A stretch of 64,000 bases of DNA from contig CAJUTC010000005.1 of NCBI GenBank assembly GCA_910589195.1, positions 23,957 to 87,956 of the forward strand, given 5' to 3'. Position 1 is the first letter of the stretch; every line of letters begins with the position of its first letter. Position numbers and translations under genes: made by a program. Origin of the DNA: an uncultured Lachnospiraceae bacterium. GTDB taxonomy: Bacteria; Bacillota; Clostridia; Lachnospirales; Lachnospiraceae. Shown one piece after another: positions 9,528 through 18,275 of the stretch. Below the pieces are notes generated by a model. The model was given only the letters and a program-made list of their open reading frames with translations, was not told the DNA's origin and searched no databases.

Positions 9528-10403
9528 ATGGATATCAATTATGAACTTTACAAGGTATTTTATCATGTGGCAGTTACGTTAAGCTTTTCCGAAGCTTCCA
9601 AGCAGCTTTTTATCTCTCAGTCAGCCGTCAGCCAGTCCATCAAGGTACTGGAACGGAAGCTGAACCAGCCTCTTTTTATCCGCAGTACCAAACGGGTTCA
9701 GCTGACGCCGGAAGGGGAAATTCTGCTAAAGCACGTGGAACCGGCCATGAATCTGATCCGGAAAGGGGAAAACCAGCTTTTAGAGGCCAATACCTTAAAT
9801 GGTGGCCAGCTTCGGATTGGGGCCAGTGATACCATATGCCGATATTATCTGGTAAATTATTTAAAGCAATTCCACCTTGCCTACCCAAATGTCCACATTA
9901 AAGTAACCAATCGGACTTCCATTGAATGTGCCCAACTTTTAGAAAACGGCCAGGTAGATTTTATTATAACGAATTATCCAAACTCCGGACTGTCCAATAC
10001 TCAAAATGTGCGGATGATTTATGAATTCCGTGATGTATTTGTGGCCAACCGGAACCATTTCCCATTAGAAGGCCAAACGCTTACCCTTCAGAAACTGCAA
10101 AACTATCCGATTTTAATGTTAGACCGGAAAAGCACCACCAGCGAATTTCTGCACCGGATGTTTCAGCGCAATCAGCTTGACCTAGTTCCGGAAATTGAAC
10201 TTAGCAGCAATGATTTATTAATCGATCTGGCACGGATCGGTCTTGGAATCGCCTTTGTCCCTGATTTTTGTATCCCCAAAAAAGAGCATCAGCTTTATGT
10301 CCTGGATTTAGAGGAAAGCCTTCCTGCCAGGCAAATCGTAGTAGCGTATAATGAAAACCTGCCAATCTCCCAAGCTGCCAAGCAGTTTATGGATATGTTA
10401 TAA
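9528..10403 (+). CDS. LysR-family transcriptional regulator
   Basis: SFSEASKQLFISQSAVSQSIKVLE HTH, LFIRS..LTPEG, LRIGAS; AGGAGG SD before the ATG at 9528. Confidence 0.92.
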   Translation: MDINYELYKVFYHVAVTLSFSEASKQLFISQSAVSQSIKVLERKLNQPLFIRSTKRVQLTPEGEILLKHVEPAMNLIRKGENQLLEANTLNGGQLRIGASDTICRYYLVNYLKQFHLAYPNVHIKVTNRTSIECAQLLENGQVDFIITNYPNSGLSNTQNVRMIYEFRDVFVANRNHFPLEGQTLTLQKLQNYPILMLDRKSTTSEFLHRMFQRNQLDLVPEIELSSNDLLIDLARIGLGIAFVPDFCIPKKEHQLYVLDLEESLPARQIVVAYNENLPISQAAKQFMDML

Positions 10404-10413
10404 ATTGCCCGGT

Positions 10414-12939
10414 TTATGGATTTGCCGCTGGCGCATTACGGACTTGCTGCTGACTGCGCCCTTTCCAAAATTCTGTTACCTGGCGGCTTACTTCGCTTAA
10501 CCTTGTTTCCTGGTAATTGCTCCACTCTCTTGGAAACAGCGCCAGGTAATCCGGGTTTAAAAACCTTTGATCCAGTAAGGCAATTACTCCTTCATCCTTC
10601 ATGGTACGGATCACCCGCCCTGCTGCCTGCATCACCTTATTCATCCCCGGATATTGATAGGCATAAGGAAAGCCACGCTTGCCATGGTTATCAAAATAAC
10701 GCTTTAGCAATTCCTGTTCCGGACAAACCATAGGAAGGCCTGTGCCGATTACAATTACGCCAATCAGTCTTTCTTCTTTTAAATCAATCCCTTCCCCGAA
10801 AATCCCTCCCATTACGCATAAGGCAACCAAGCTGCTTTGCTCCCTGTTCTCCACTTTTTCTTCTATGAGATCCTTGGCGGCATCTTGAACACGCTTTCTC
10901 TGAAATTCCCCTAAAAACGCTTCCCGCTCTGCCTCATCCATCCGGCTCTCCTGAATCAGCAAGCGGAACCCATTCGCGCCTCTTTCTGTTTTGATAATTT
11001 CTTCTAATTCCCCAAGATACTGGTATGAGGGGCAAAACACCATATAATTCCCCTCTCTTCCTTTTACGATTTCCCGGATATAGGAAGCAATTTTCTGATA
11101 TTCCTGTTTCGTTCTGCTTTTATAACGGCTGCTTACATCCCTTGCCACTAAAAGAAGGCGCCTTTCCTGTAAAAAGGGGGATTGTGCATAAATTGCGTAA
11201 TCGTTTGGATCCCCGCTTAGCAGCTCTTTATAATACATGATTGGAAGAAGGGTTGCGGAAAAAAAGATTGTGCTTTTCCCCATAGCAAGATAGTTCCTAA
11301 GACGCCCGGAAGGGTTTATGCAAAACAGCCGCACCATAAAGGTCCCGTCCCGGAGCATTTGGCAATAAATTTCATATCCATCATCCATTTGCTGGAATAC
11401 CTCTATAAAATCCCGCACATTAAAATAAAAATCCAGCAGAATATCCCGATCTTCCAATTCCTGATTTTCTTCCATAAACCGTTCCAATTCGGAAAACATT
11501 CCCATAATTTGGACTGCCAGATAGTTTACATCGCTAAGTGTTTTATAATTCTCACATTCCCGCTTTCGTTCCAGCATCCCTTTATTGCAGACCTCTAAAA
11601 GCTTAGCAAGCTTCGGGGAACGTTCCTTTACCAGACGTTTCGTAAGAAGGATGTGTTCCTTTACCAAAGCGGCGCTGTAAATATCCCTGGCTCTGGTCAC
11701 CAGGTTATGGGCCTCATCAATTAAAAAAAGGTACTCGCCTTTCTTTCCCTCCGCAAAGTACCGTTTTAGGCACACATTAGGATCAAATACATAATTATAA
11801 TCGCAGATCAGTACATCCACCCAATTGCTGATGTCCAGGCAAAATTCAAAGGGGCATACTTGATACTTCTTAGCGTATGTGATTACGGTTTGGCGGGTTA
11901 TTGCCAATTCCCCGCAAATCACTGCAAACACAGCCTCATTCACCCGATCATAATGCCCTTTTGCATATGGGCAGGCTTCCGGATTACATTCCGGCTGTTC
12001 CAAAAAGCATAGCTTCTCTTTCGCCGTTATTGTAACCGATGAAACGAACAGATCCTTTTTGCGCAAAATATCCAACGCTTCCTCTGCTACCCGTCGGGTT
12101 ATGGTCTTTGCTGTCAGATAAAACAGTTTCTCCCCATATCCCTCCCCCATGGCTTTCAAAGCAGGAAAGATCACCGATAATGTTTTCCCGGTTCCTGTGG
12201 GCGCCTGAATATACAGATTCCGCTCCCGAGCGATGGCCCGGTATACGTTGACTGCCAGTTCCTTCTGCCCCTGCCGGTAAGGGAAAGGAAATTCCAGCCC
12301 CTTTATGGATTCCTGCCGGCGCAAGGAATGACGGTATATATATTCTGCCCATTTCATATACTCGTGAATCAGGTTTTGGAACCATTCCTCTAGTTCTTTA
12401 AACGAACGCTCCTGGCAGAACCGTTTGATTTCTTCCGTTTCTATCTGGCAATAAGTGATCTGCAGGCCAATAGAAGGCAATTCTTTTTCCAGGCACCAAA
12501 AGTACCCATAGCACATGGCCTGAGCCAAGTGAACCGGAAACGGGTCTGTAAGCCTGTTAACATCCAAATACATACATTTAATTTCGTCAATCACGCTGCC
12601 GTCTGGTTTTGTAATTACCCCGTCTGCCCGTCCTTCCACGATAATCTGGAACCATTCCTCATTAACCGTATGCTTCATAGGCACTTCTGCCTGATAGGAG
12701 CTTCCCATCCTTTTTTGAATCTTTCGGTGAAGGCGGCTCCCTTCCTGCATGGCTTCTTTTTTCGCCCCAGCCGTCCGCCGGTTATCAATATCTCCCGAAT
12801 TCATTACAAATTCTACCAGCTCACGGACAGAAATATGAAACTGGCAGCCATCCGCTTTACGTTCTTCTTCTTTTTTCGCCTTATGCCTGTCTTCCTTTCT
12901 TATATCTGGTTTTTCAGCGTCCTGGCTCTTACGTCCCAT
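10414..12939 (-). CDS. DinG/XPD(Rad3)-family Fe-S helicase with N-terminal PD-(D/E)XK nuclease-like domain
   Basis: QAPTGTGKT, DEAHN, SATL, GEGID, QAAGRVIR; four Fe-S Cys; N-terminal EGRADG..IDEIK..Q..Y. Start placed at ATG 12939. Confidence 0.88.
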   Translation of the reverse strand: MGRKSQDAEKPDIRKEDRHKAKKEEERKADGCQFHISVRELVEFVMNSGDIDNRRTAGAKKEAMQEGSRLHRKIQKRMGSSYQAEVPMKHTVNEEWFQIIVEGRADGVITKPDGSVIDEIKCMYLDVNRLTDPFPVHLAQAMCYGYFWCLEKELPSIGLQITYCQIETEEIKRFCQERSFKELEEWFQNLIHEYMKWAEYIYRHSLRRQESIKGLEFPFPYRQGQKELAVNVYRAIARERNLYIQAPTGTGKTLSVIFPALKAMGEGYGEKLFYLTAKTITRRVAEEALDILRKKDLFVSSVTITAKEKLCFLEQPECNPEACPYAKGHYDRVNEAVFAVICGELAITRQTVITYAKKYQVCPFEFCLDISNWVDVLICDYNYVFDPNVCLKRYFAEGKKGEYLFLIDEAHNLVTRARDIYSAALVKEHILLTKRLVKERSPKLAKLLEVCNKGMLERKRECENYKTLSDVNYLAVQIMGMFSELERFMEENQELEDRDILLDFYFNVRDFIEVFQQMDDGYEIYCQMLRDGTFMVRLFCINPSGRLRNYLAMGKSTIFFSATLLPIMYYKELLSGDPNDYAIYAQSPFLQERRLLLVARDVSSRYKSRTKQEYQKIASYIREIVKGREGNYMVFCPSYQYLGELEEIIKTERGANGFRLLIQESRMDEAEREAFLGEFQRKRVQDAAKDLIEEKVENREQSSLVALCVMGGIFGEGIDLKEERLIGVIVIGTGLPMVCPEQELLKRYFDNHGKRGFPYAYQYPGMNKVMQAAGRVIRTMKDEGVIALLDQRFLNPDYLALFPREWSNYQETRLSEVSRQVTEFWKGRSQQQVRNAPAANP

Positions 12940-12988
12940 TATCTGCCTTCTCTCTTTCCATCCATGTATCCTTAACTTTTTGAAAAAC

Positions 12989-13029
12989 AGCCCCTCTTTG
13001 CATTGCTGACCGCTCTGCAAAGAGGGGCT
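12989..13029 (-). terminator. Rho-independent terminator of the MCP-lipoprotein operon
   Basis: AGCCCCTCTTTGCA / TGCAAAGAGGGGCT 14-bp stem followed by GTTTTT on the minus strand. Confidence 0.8.
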
Positions 13030-13081
13030 TTCCTCTCCTGCTGTTAACTGCTTTTAACTACTTTTAACACTTTTCCTGTTT

Positions 13082-13522
13082 TTAATGAGATGTATCTACA
13101 AACACAATACCAGAATCTCCCTGACGTGCCTGCTCCAGTACCGCCGCCGCTAATTTTTGGAAGGAATTATAAGAAGAGCTGGCACCACTAATGGCATCAA
13201 TCCCCTCTTCTTGCTGCCGTTCCAAAAGCTGGCTGGCATAGTAACGGGTATATTCATTGGGATAGGTTCCATTCGAATGGAGCATCGTCTGCATATAAGC
13301 ATTATCCCAGCTTTTAATAAAGCCGCTTGGATTCTCAGCATTGTACTCTACTGAAACAATACTTCCTCCCTTTACCATAATCGTAATATATTCCTTCCAG
13401 CCAAAATTATACTCTGCGGCTTGCGCAGTATAATAGCCATCCTGGAGCGTTTCCTGATTACCACATCCAGTCAGATACACTGCAGCCATCAGAGCAATCA
13501 CCAAGCTCAATATCCGTTTCAT
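13082..13522 (-). CDS. FMN-binding domain lipoprotein
   Basis: Signal peptide with lipobox LTGC; DGYYTA, and flavinylation-type motif DAISGASSS. Start is ATG 13522 (SD spacing) or 13531. Confidence 0.82.
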   Translation of the reverse strand: MKRILSLVIALMAAVYLTGCGNQETLQDGYYTAQAAEYNFGWKEYITIMVKGGSIVSVEYNAENPSGFIKSWDNAYMQTMLHSNGTYPNEYTRYYASQLLERQQEEGIDAISGASSSYNSFQKLAAAVLEQARQGDSGIVFVDTSH

Positions 13523-13527
13523 CCCTT

Positions 13528-15540
13528 TCATCCCTCCTTCAAAACAAACTTTTTCACCTGAGCCCGCAGGTCTTCTGCTTCTTTTGCCAGCAACCCGCTG
13601 GTCTGCTCCGTTCCTTTGGCATTTTGAAGGTTCCTGTCAGCGATAGCAGAAATGGTTTCAATCCGTTCTTCCATAATAGCTAAGGCACTCTCCTGTCCCC
13701 GCACTGCCGCTACCAGTTGATCCGAAATGTCGCTGATCTGATTCGTAACTTGGGAAATGGATTTTAGGGAACCTGCCGTTTCGGCTGTAAGTTCCACACC
13801 GGTCTGGATAATCGACCTGGTACTGCTTACCACGCCAGTCGCGCTCTGGGCAGCCTCAGCGCTTCTGGCCGCCAACTGTTTCACCTCATCTGCCACTACA
13901 GAAAATCCTTTTCCAGCACTTCCTGCACGAGCCGCCTCTACCGAAGCATTAATCGCAAGAATACTGGTCTGGAACGCAATATCTTCAATTGCCTTGGCTA
14001 TTTTAGTAATTTCCTGAGCGTTGGAGCTGATATTATCCATTGCGCCAGACAGGGACGCCATCTGTACATTGGCATCCTGAACCCGTTTTGTAATTTCTTC
14101 TGTTTTGGCGCGTGTCTGCCCGCTGCTCTTTGCAACACTGGCCAATTGGCCTTTTACATTAGACACTTCCTGAACCAAAGCTTCCGCCGACTGGTTTTGA
14201 TCCATGGAAGCTTGATAAAGCTGCCCAGACTGACCATTCATTTCTTCCGACATATCCGCAAGCCGGGCGGCGGCGGCGCCAAAGCCCATAATGGTTTCAT
14301 GTAAGGAATGGATGATCGTGCGCAGGCTTTTCTGAATCAGAGAAAAATCCCCTTTATAGTCCACTTGAGGCTGGACACGCAGATTACCGCCTGCTACCTG
14401 GCTCAATACCTGCTGGATATCCGATATGTAACGGTTAACGCTTTCCACGGTGGCGTCCAAAGTCTTAGTCAGAACCTCCACCTCATCCCCAGAATGGGTT
14501 GGAACCACTTCTGTATGCAGATCCCCGTCTGAAAGAGCCACCATACGGCTTGTCACCTGCTTAATGGGGTGGGAAATAGAACGCGCCAGACGCAGAACCA
14601 GCAAAATGGAAACTACCAGCACCACCAGGGTGGACAGCACCGCCACTAACATTGCCGTATTAATCAGTTGGTTATAATCTGACTTTGGAACCTGGAGTAC
14701 CAACGACCATTGGGTGCCCCGGATAGGAGAAAACGCTACAAGCATGTTTTCCCCGTCAACAGAAAACTCGATAGCACCGGTTTCACCAGTTGTCACACGG
14801 CTGCCTGCCTCTTCATTTCCGCTGTCAAGCTCATTCAAGGTACTTCCTGCCAGTATCCTGGTCTGATCTGGATGTCCCGTAACAACCCCGTCCCGGTTCA
14901 CCATATAAGCCATGCCATGTTTCCCCAGGTTAATGCCGCTGATTACATCACTTAGGATATCATATTTGTATACCCCTGTCACATACAGGATGGTTTCTCC
15001 ATTTTCTTTTACTGGCATCCCCATCATGATGCCAAGCTTTCCCTGAAAAATGGTAGAAGGAAAAATGGTCAGATTGTCTGTTTCCTGAAGCAGGCCAAAA
15101 AAACTGCTGTCCAAAGTTTCTGGCGCCCCGTCTATCCCCTGCACCATATGGCCGTCCAGGCCGTACAGGGCAATGGTATACAGCTCGTAGATTTCCGCCG
15201 CCTCTTCCAAAACATTCTGACGGCTTTCCCGAACCACTCCAATATCGGCGGCCTTCTCCCCTGCGCCATTTCCAGAAACCATGCGGGAATCTTTCGCAAT
15301 CGTCATCATCCGATCTGCCAGCATATGGATATTTGCCTCCATGGTTTTGGCAGACTGCCTTGCCATAGGCTGCAGGCTGTCCAGCAGAATGCTGTTCGCT
15401 AATGATTGCATGGATAAGGCCATAATCACACAGCATATAATTACCAATGCCAGAATGTTAAGGGTTGTATTTTTCAATATCCTTCGATTCAGGCTTCGTC
15501 TGCTCTCCCGGATGTGGGAGTCTACTTGTTGTCCAGTCAC
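13528..15540 (-). CDS. Methyl-accepting chemotaxis protein (TM-Cache-TM-HAMP-MA)
   Basis: Two TM helices, Cache-like YMVNRDGVVTGHPD, HAMP, signalling tip IAFQTSILAINASVEAARAGSAGKGFSVVADEVKQLA. GTG at 15540 has AAGGAG SD; the ORF opens at 15564. Confidence 0.93.
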   Translation of the reverse strand: MTGQQVDSHIRESRRSLNRRILKNTTLNILALVIICCVIMALSMQSLANSILLDSLQPMARQSAKTMEANIHMLADRMMTIAKDSRMVSGNGAGEKAADIGVVRESRQNVLEEAAEIYELYTIALYGLDGHMVQGIDGAPETLDSSFFGLLQETDNLTIFPSTIFQGKLGIMMGMPVKENGETILYVTGVYKYDILSDVISGINLGKHGMAYMVNRDGVVTGHPDQTRILAGSTLNELDSGNEEAGSRVTTGETGAIEFSVDGENMLVAFSPIRGTQWSLVLQVPKSDYNQLINTAMLVAVLSTLVVLVVSILLVLRLARSISHPIKQVTSRMVALSDGDLHTEVVPTHSGDEVEVLTKTLDATVESVNRYISDIQQVLSQVAGGNLRVQPQVDYKGDFSLIQKSLRTIIHSLHETIMGFGAAAARLADMSEEMNGQSGQLYQASMDQNQSAEALVQEVSNVKGQLASVAKSSGQTRAKTEEITKRVQDANVQMASLSGAMDNISSNAQEITKIAKAIEDIAFQTSILAINASVEAARAGSAGKGFSVVADEVKQLAARSAEAAQSATGVVSSTRSIIQTGVELTAETAGSLKSISQVTNQISDISDQLVAAVRGQESALAIMEERIETISAIADRNLQNAKGTEQTSGLLAKEAEDLRAQVKKFVLKEG

Positions 15541-15770
15541 TTTTCTCTCTCTCCTTATTTCCAAATTCTTTGCTAAATTATACCATATAATTTAGGGAAA
15601 GAAAAGGCTCTTTCCTAATTGGATCCCTAAAGATTCCTAAAATTATGGGGACTTTAATTCTTCTTCAACAGAATCAGACCCGCAACATTCAATTTGTAAC
15701 GGTATCATGGCGAAACTTCAGATATGCTCCATCAGCCTATGATGGAAACAATTCGTAAAAACAACGTAAA

Positions 15771-15811
15771 AAATGGTCAAAATCTCAATTTTATCAAGAT
15801 TTTAACCATTT
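15771..15811 (-). terminator. Terminator hairpin downstream of tRNA-Trp
   Basis: AAATGGTCAAAATCT / AGATTTTAACCATTT inverted repeat plus T run on the minus strand. Confidence 0.65.
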
Positions 15812-15827
15812 CACGCTTAATCGCTAG

Positions 15828-15898
15828 CAGGGGAAGAGGGGCTCGAACCCCCATCTACGGTTTTGGAGACCGCTGCTCTACCATTGAACTATTCCCCT
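15828..15898 (-). tRNA. tRNA-Trp (CCA)
   Basis: AGGGGAATAGTTCAATGGTAGAGCAGCGGTCTCCAAAACCGTAGATGGGGGTTCGAGCCCCTCTTCCCCTG folds into a cloverleaf with anticodon CCA; 3' CCA not encoded; TTGACA-17-TAATAT promoter at 15945-15973. Confidence 0.96.
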
Positions 15899-16138
15899 AT
15901 TGATGTAACGCTTCGTTGATGTGTTGCTTCATACAACGACTATTATATTAACACAGATACTTTTTTGTGTCAACCCTTTTCTTTTAAAATTATTGTAATT
16001 TTTTGATGATTATACACAATTTTGCCCCTGTAAAAATGTGTCCGGCCTGTTTTTTGTAATCCGTTTTATCATGGGGATTCCATTTGCTTCTATTCATACT
16101 GGATCCAGAATAATCCTGGAACTTCCCGTAAGAAGTTC

Positions 16139-16167
16139 TTGAAAGAAACATCCATTTTTGCTATAAT
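16139..16167 (+). promoter_or_regulatory. Sigma-A promoter of PPi-PFK paralog 2
   Basis: TTGAAA-17-TATAAT with extended -10 TG. Confidence 0.7.
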
Positions 16168-16212
16168 CGTAAGAAATGATTTTTTAAACCACTTTAAGGG
16201 GGCATTTTTATT

Positions 16213-17451
16213 ATGGCTAAAAAAGGAAATATCATCGTAGGGCAATCAGGCGGGCCTACATCGGTTATCAACTCCAGCTTAGCAGGCGTATATAAAACAG
16301 CTAAGGAACGTGGATTCCATAAGGTTTATGGGATGCTTCACGGAATTCAGGGATTTTTAGATGAACAGTATGTAGACCTTTCGACCCAGATCCATTCTGA
16401 TATGGATATTGAATTATTAAAGCGTACTCCGTCCGCATTCTTGGGCTCCTGCCGCTATAAGCTGCCAGAAATCCATGAAAATCCTGAAATTTATGAAAAA
16501 ATCTTTACCATCTTAGATAAATTAAATATTGAAGTATTTATCTACATTGGCGGCAATGATTCCATGGATACTATTAAAAAGCTTTCCGACTATGCAATCG
16601 TAAGAGGGCATCGTCAAAAGTTCTTGGGCGTTCCCAAAACCATTGATAATGATTTGGCTCTTACCGACCATACTCCCGGTTTTGGAAGCGCGGCAAAGTA
16701 TATCGGCGCTTCCACAAAGGAAATCATCCGTGACGCATTAGGACTTACTTACAATAAGGCTATGATTACCATTATTGAAGTCATGGGCCGGAACGCAGGC
16801 TGGCTTACCGGCGCTACTGCGTTAGCCAGGACGGAAGACTGTGATGGGCCGGACTTAATCTATCTTCCTGAAGTTGCTTTTGATGTTGAGAAATTTATTA
16901 AAAAAGTAAATGATTTATTAAAAAAGAAAAGTTCTGTGGTGGTTGCTGTATCAGAAGGCATTAAACTGGAGGATGGCCGTTATGTATGCGAGCTTTCCGG
17001 CGGCGCTGATTACGTAGATGCGTTCGGCCACAAACAGCTTCAAGGCACTGCCGCTTATCTTGCCGGCCTTTTGCAGAATGAAATCGGCTGCAAAACCCGA
17101 AGCGTAGAGTTTTCCACTCTTCAGAGGAGCGCGTCCCACATGGCTTCCAGAGTTGATATTAATGAAGCCTTTATGGTAGGTGGCGCTGCTGTAAAGGCGG
17201 CTGATGAAGGCGATACTGGCAAGATGGTGGTAATCGACAGAGTTTCCGATGATCCTTATATGAGCGCAGCCGGAATCTATGACGTACATAAAATTGCCAA
17301 CAACGAAAAATTAGTTCCCAGGAACTGGATGAATAAAGAAGGCAATTATGTAACGGATGACTTTATCAACTATATTGAACCTTTAATTCAAGGCGATTAC
17401 CAGCCATTTATGGTAAACGGCCTTCCTCAGCACCTGGTTCTTAAAAAATAA
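16213..17451 (+). CDS. Phosphofructokinase, PPi-dependent type (paralog 2)
   Basis: GQSGGPT, GGNDSMDT, PKTIDND, MGRNAGW; colinear with 7500-8750. Confidence 0.9.
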   Translation: MAKKGNIIVGQSGGPTSVINSSLAGVYKTAKERGFHKVYGMLHGIQGFLDEQYVDLSTQIHSDMDIELLKRTPSAFLGSCRYKLPEIHENPEIYEKIFTILDKLNIEVFIYIGGNDSMDTIKKLSDYAIVRGHRQKFLGVPKTIDNDLALTDHTPGFGSAAKYIGASTKEIIRDALGLTYNKAMITIIEVMGRNAGWLTGATALARTEDCDGPDLIYLPEVAFDVEKFIKKVNDLLKKKSSVVVAVSEGIKLEDGRYVCELSGGADYVDAFGHKQLQGTAAYLAGLLQNEIGCKTRSVEFSTLQRSASHMASRVDINEAFMVGGAAVKAADEGDTGKMVVIDRVSDDPYMSAAGIYDVHKIANNEKLVPRNWMNKEGNYVTDDFINYIEPLIQGDYQPFMVNGLPQHLVLKK

Positions 17452-17577
17452 GCCCGTGTGCTGTCCGCGTAATATTTGGACACCACATCAGGTTCAGCAA
17501 AGCATCATAAACAATGTTATCCATTACGCTTATGTTTATGAATTTTGTGAAAATTTAGCGGATATAGCGAATACAGG

Positions 17578-17623
17578 AAAAGGTAAAATGGTGAGTGAAT
17601 TTCTTGCTATTTTACCTTTTTTT
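17578..17623 (+). terminator. Rho-independent terminator
   Basis: AAAAGGTAAAAT / ATTTTACCTTTT stem plus T tract. Confidence 0.7.
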
Positions 17624-17723
17624 CACACTTAAGCATCAGGTTTGATAAAAATACGGGATTAAATTGAAAGAAAATACAGCAGAAGCTTCAAAAATCCCAA
17701 AACCTCCTTTTTTGCGGAAACAT

Positions 17724-17752
17724 TTGACTTTTTTGCAAATTAATGCTATAAA
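17724..17752 (+). promoter_or_regulatory. Sigma-A promoter of HPr-like gene
   Basis: TTGACT-17-TATAAA with extended -10 TG. Confidence 0.6.
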
Positions 17753-17841
17753 TAGGACGTCACTTCAAAAAGAAACAATGTGGGGAGATAAAGGCTTACC
17801 ACCTATCCTCCATGCATTCATCGAAAAGGAGTTTGATTATT

Positions 17842-18081
17842 ATGGAAGAAAGACGTATTAAACTGCCAACTGTAGCAGACGCAAAGGAATTTGTAACCAG
17901 GGCGTCCAAATGTGATTTTGACATTGACGTATATTATAACCGCGTTATTATTGACGCAAAATCTCTGTTAGGAGTGCTGAGTTTAGATTTAACCCGTGTC
18001 CTAACCGTATCTATGCATGGTGAAGATGCTGAATTCTGTACGTATCTGGATCAGTTAGCCGCAAAAACTATTGCTGCTTAA
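17842..18081 (+). CDS. HPr-family protein lacking His15
   Basis: IDAKSLLGVLSL (Ser46 motif); no N-terminal LHARP; AAAGGAG SD. Confidence 0.8.
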   Translation: MEERRIKLPTVADAKEFVTRASKCDFDIDVYYNRVIIDAKSLLGVLSLDLTRVLTVSMHGEDAEFCTYLDQLAAKTIAA

Positions 18082-18124
18082 ATCCTACAAAACGCGTCAC
18101 TGTCACGTTTTGCTTGATACCGCG

Positions 18125-18168
18125 CAAACAAAAACCCCCTGTCCTTTGTGGCGGGGGATTTTTGTTTG
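18125..18168 (+). terminator. Rho-independent terminator
   Basis: CAAACAAAAACCCCC / GGGGGATTTTTGTTTG stem. Confidence 0.75.
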
Positions 18169-18213
18169 TATGATAAGGAAATTTGGAGAACTTTCCTTTG
18201 GCAAGAAAAAACA

Positions 18214-18253
18214 AGGCAGCATGAAACCATTTCATGCTGATTTCATGCTGCCT
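18214..18253 (-). terminator. Terminator of surface-protein gene
   Basis: AGGCAGCATGAAA / TTTCATGCTGCCT stem followed by TGTTTTT on the minus strand. Confidence 0.7.
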
Positions 18254-18275
18254 CGTAAACTATTTATTGTTTTCC

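Noticed and set aside
10414..12939. Type IV CRISPR (CasDinG) or Cas4 locus
   Set aside because: No repeat-spacer array or cas genes in the window.
7500..17451. Invertible segment bounded by the inverted pfk paralogs
   Set aside because: The nucleotide sequences are heavily diverged at synonymous sites and there is no recombinase.
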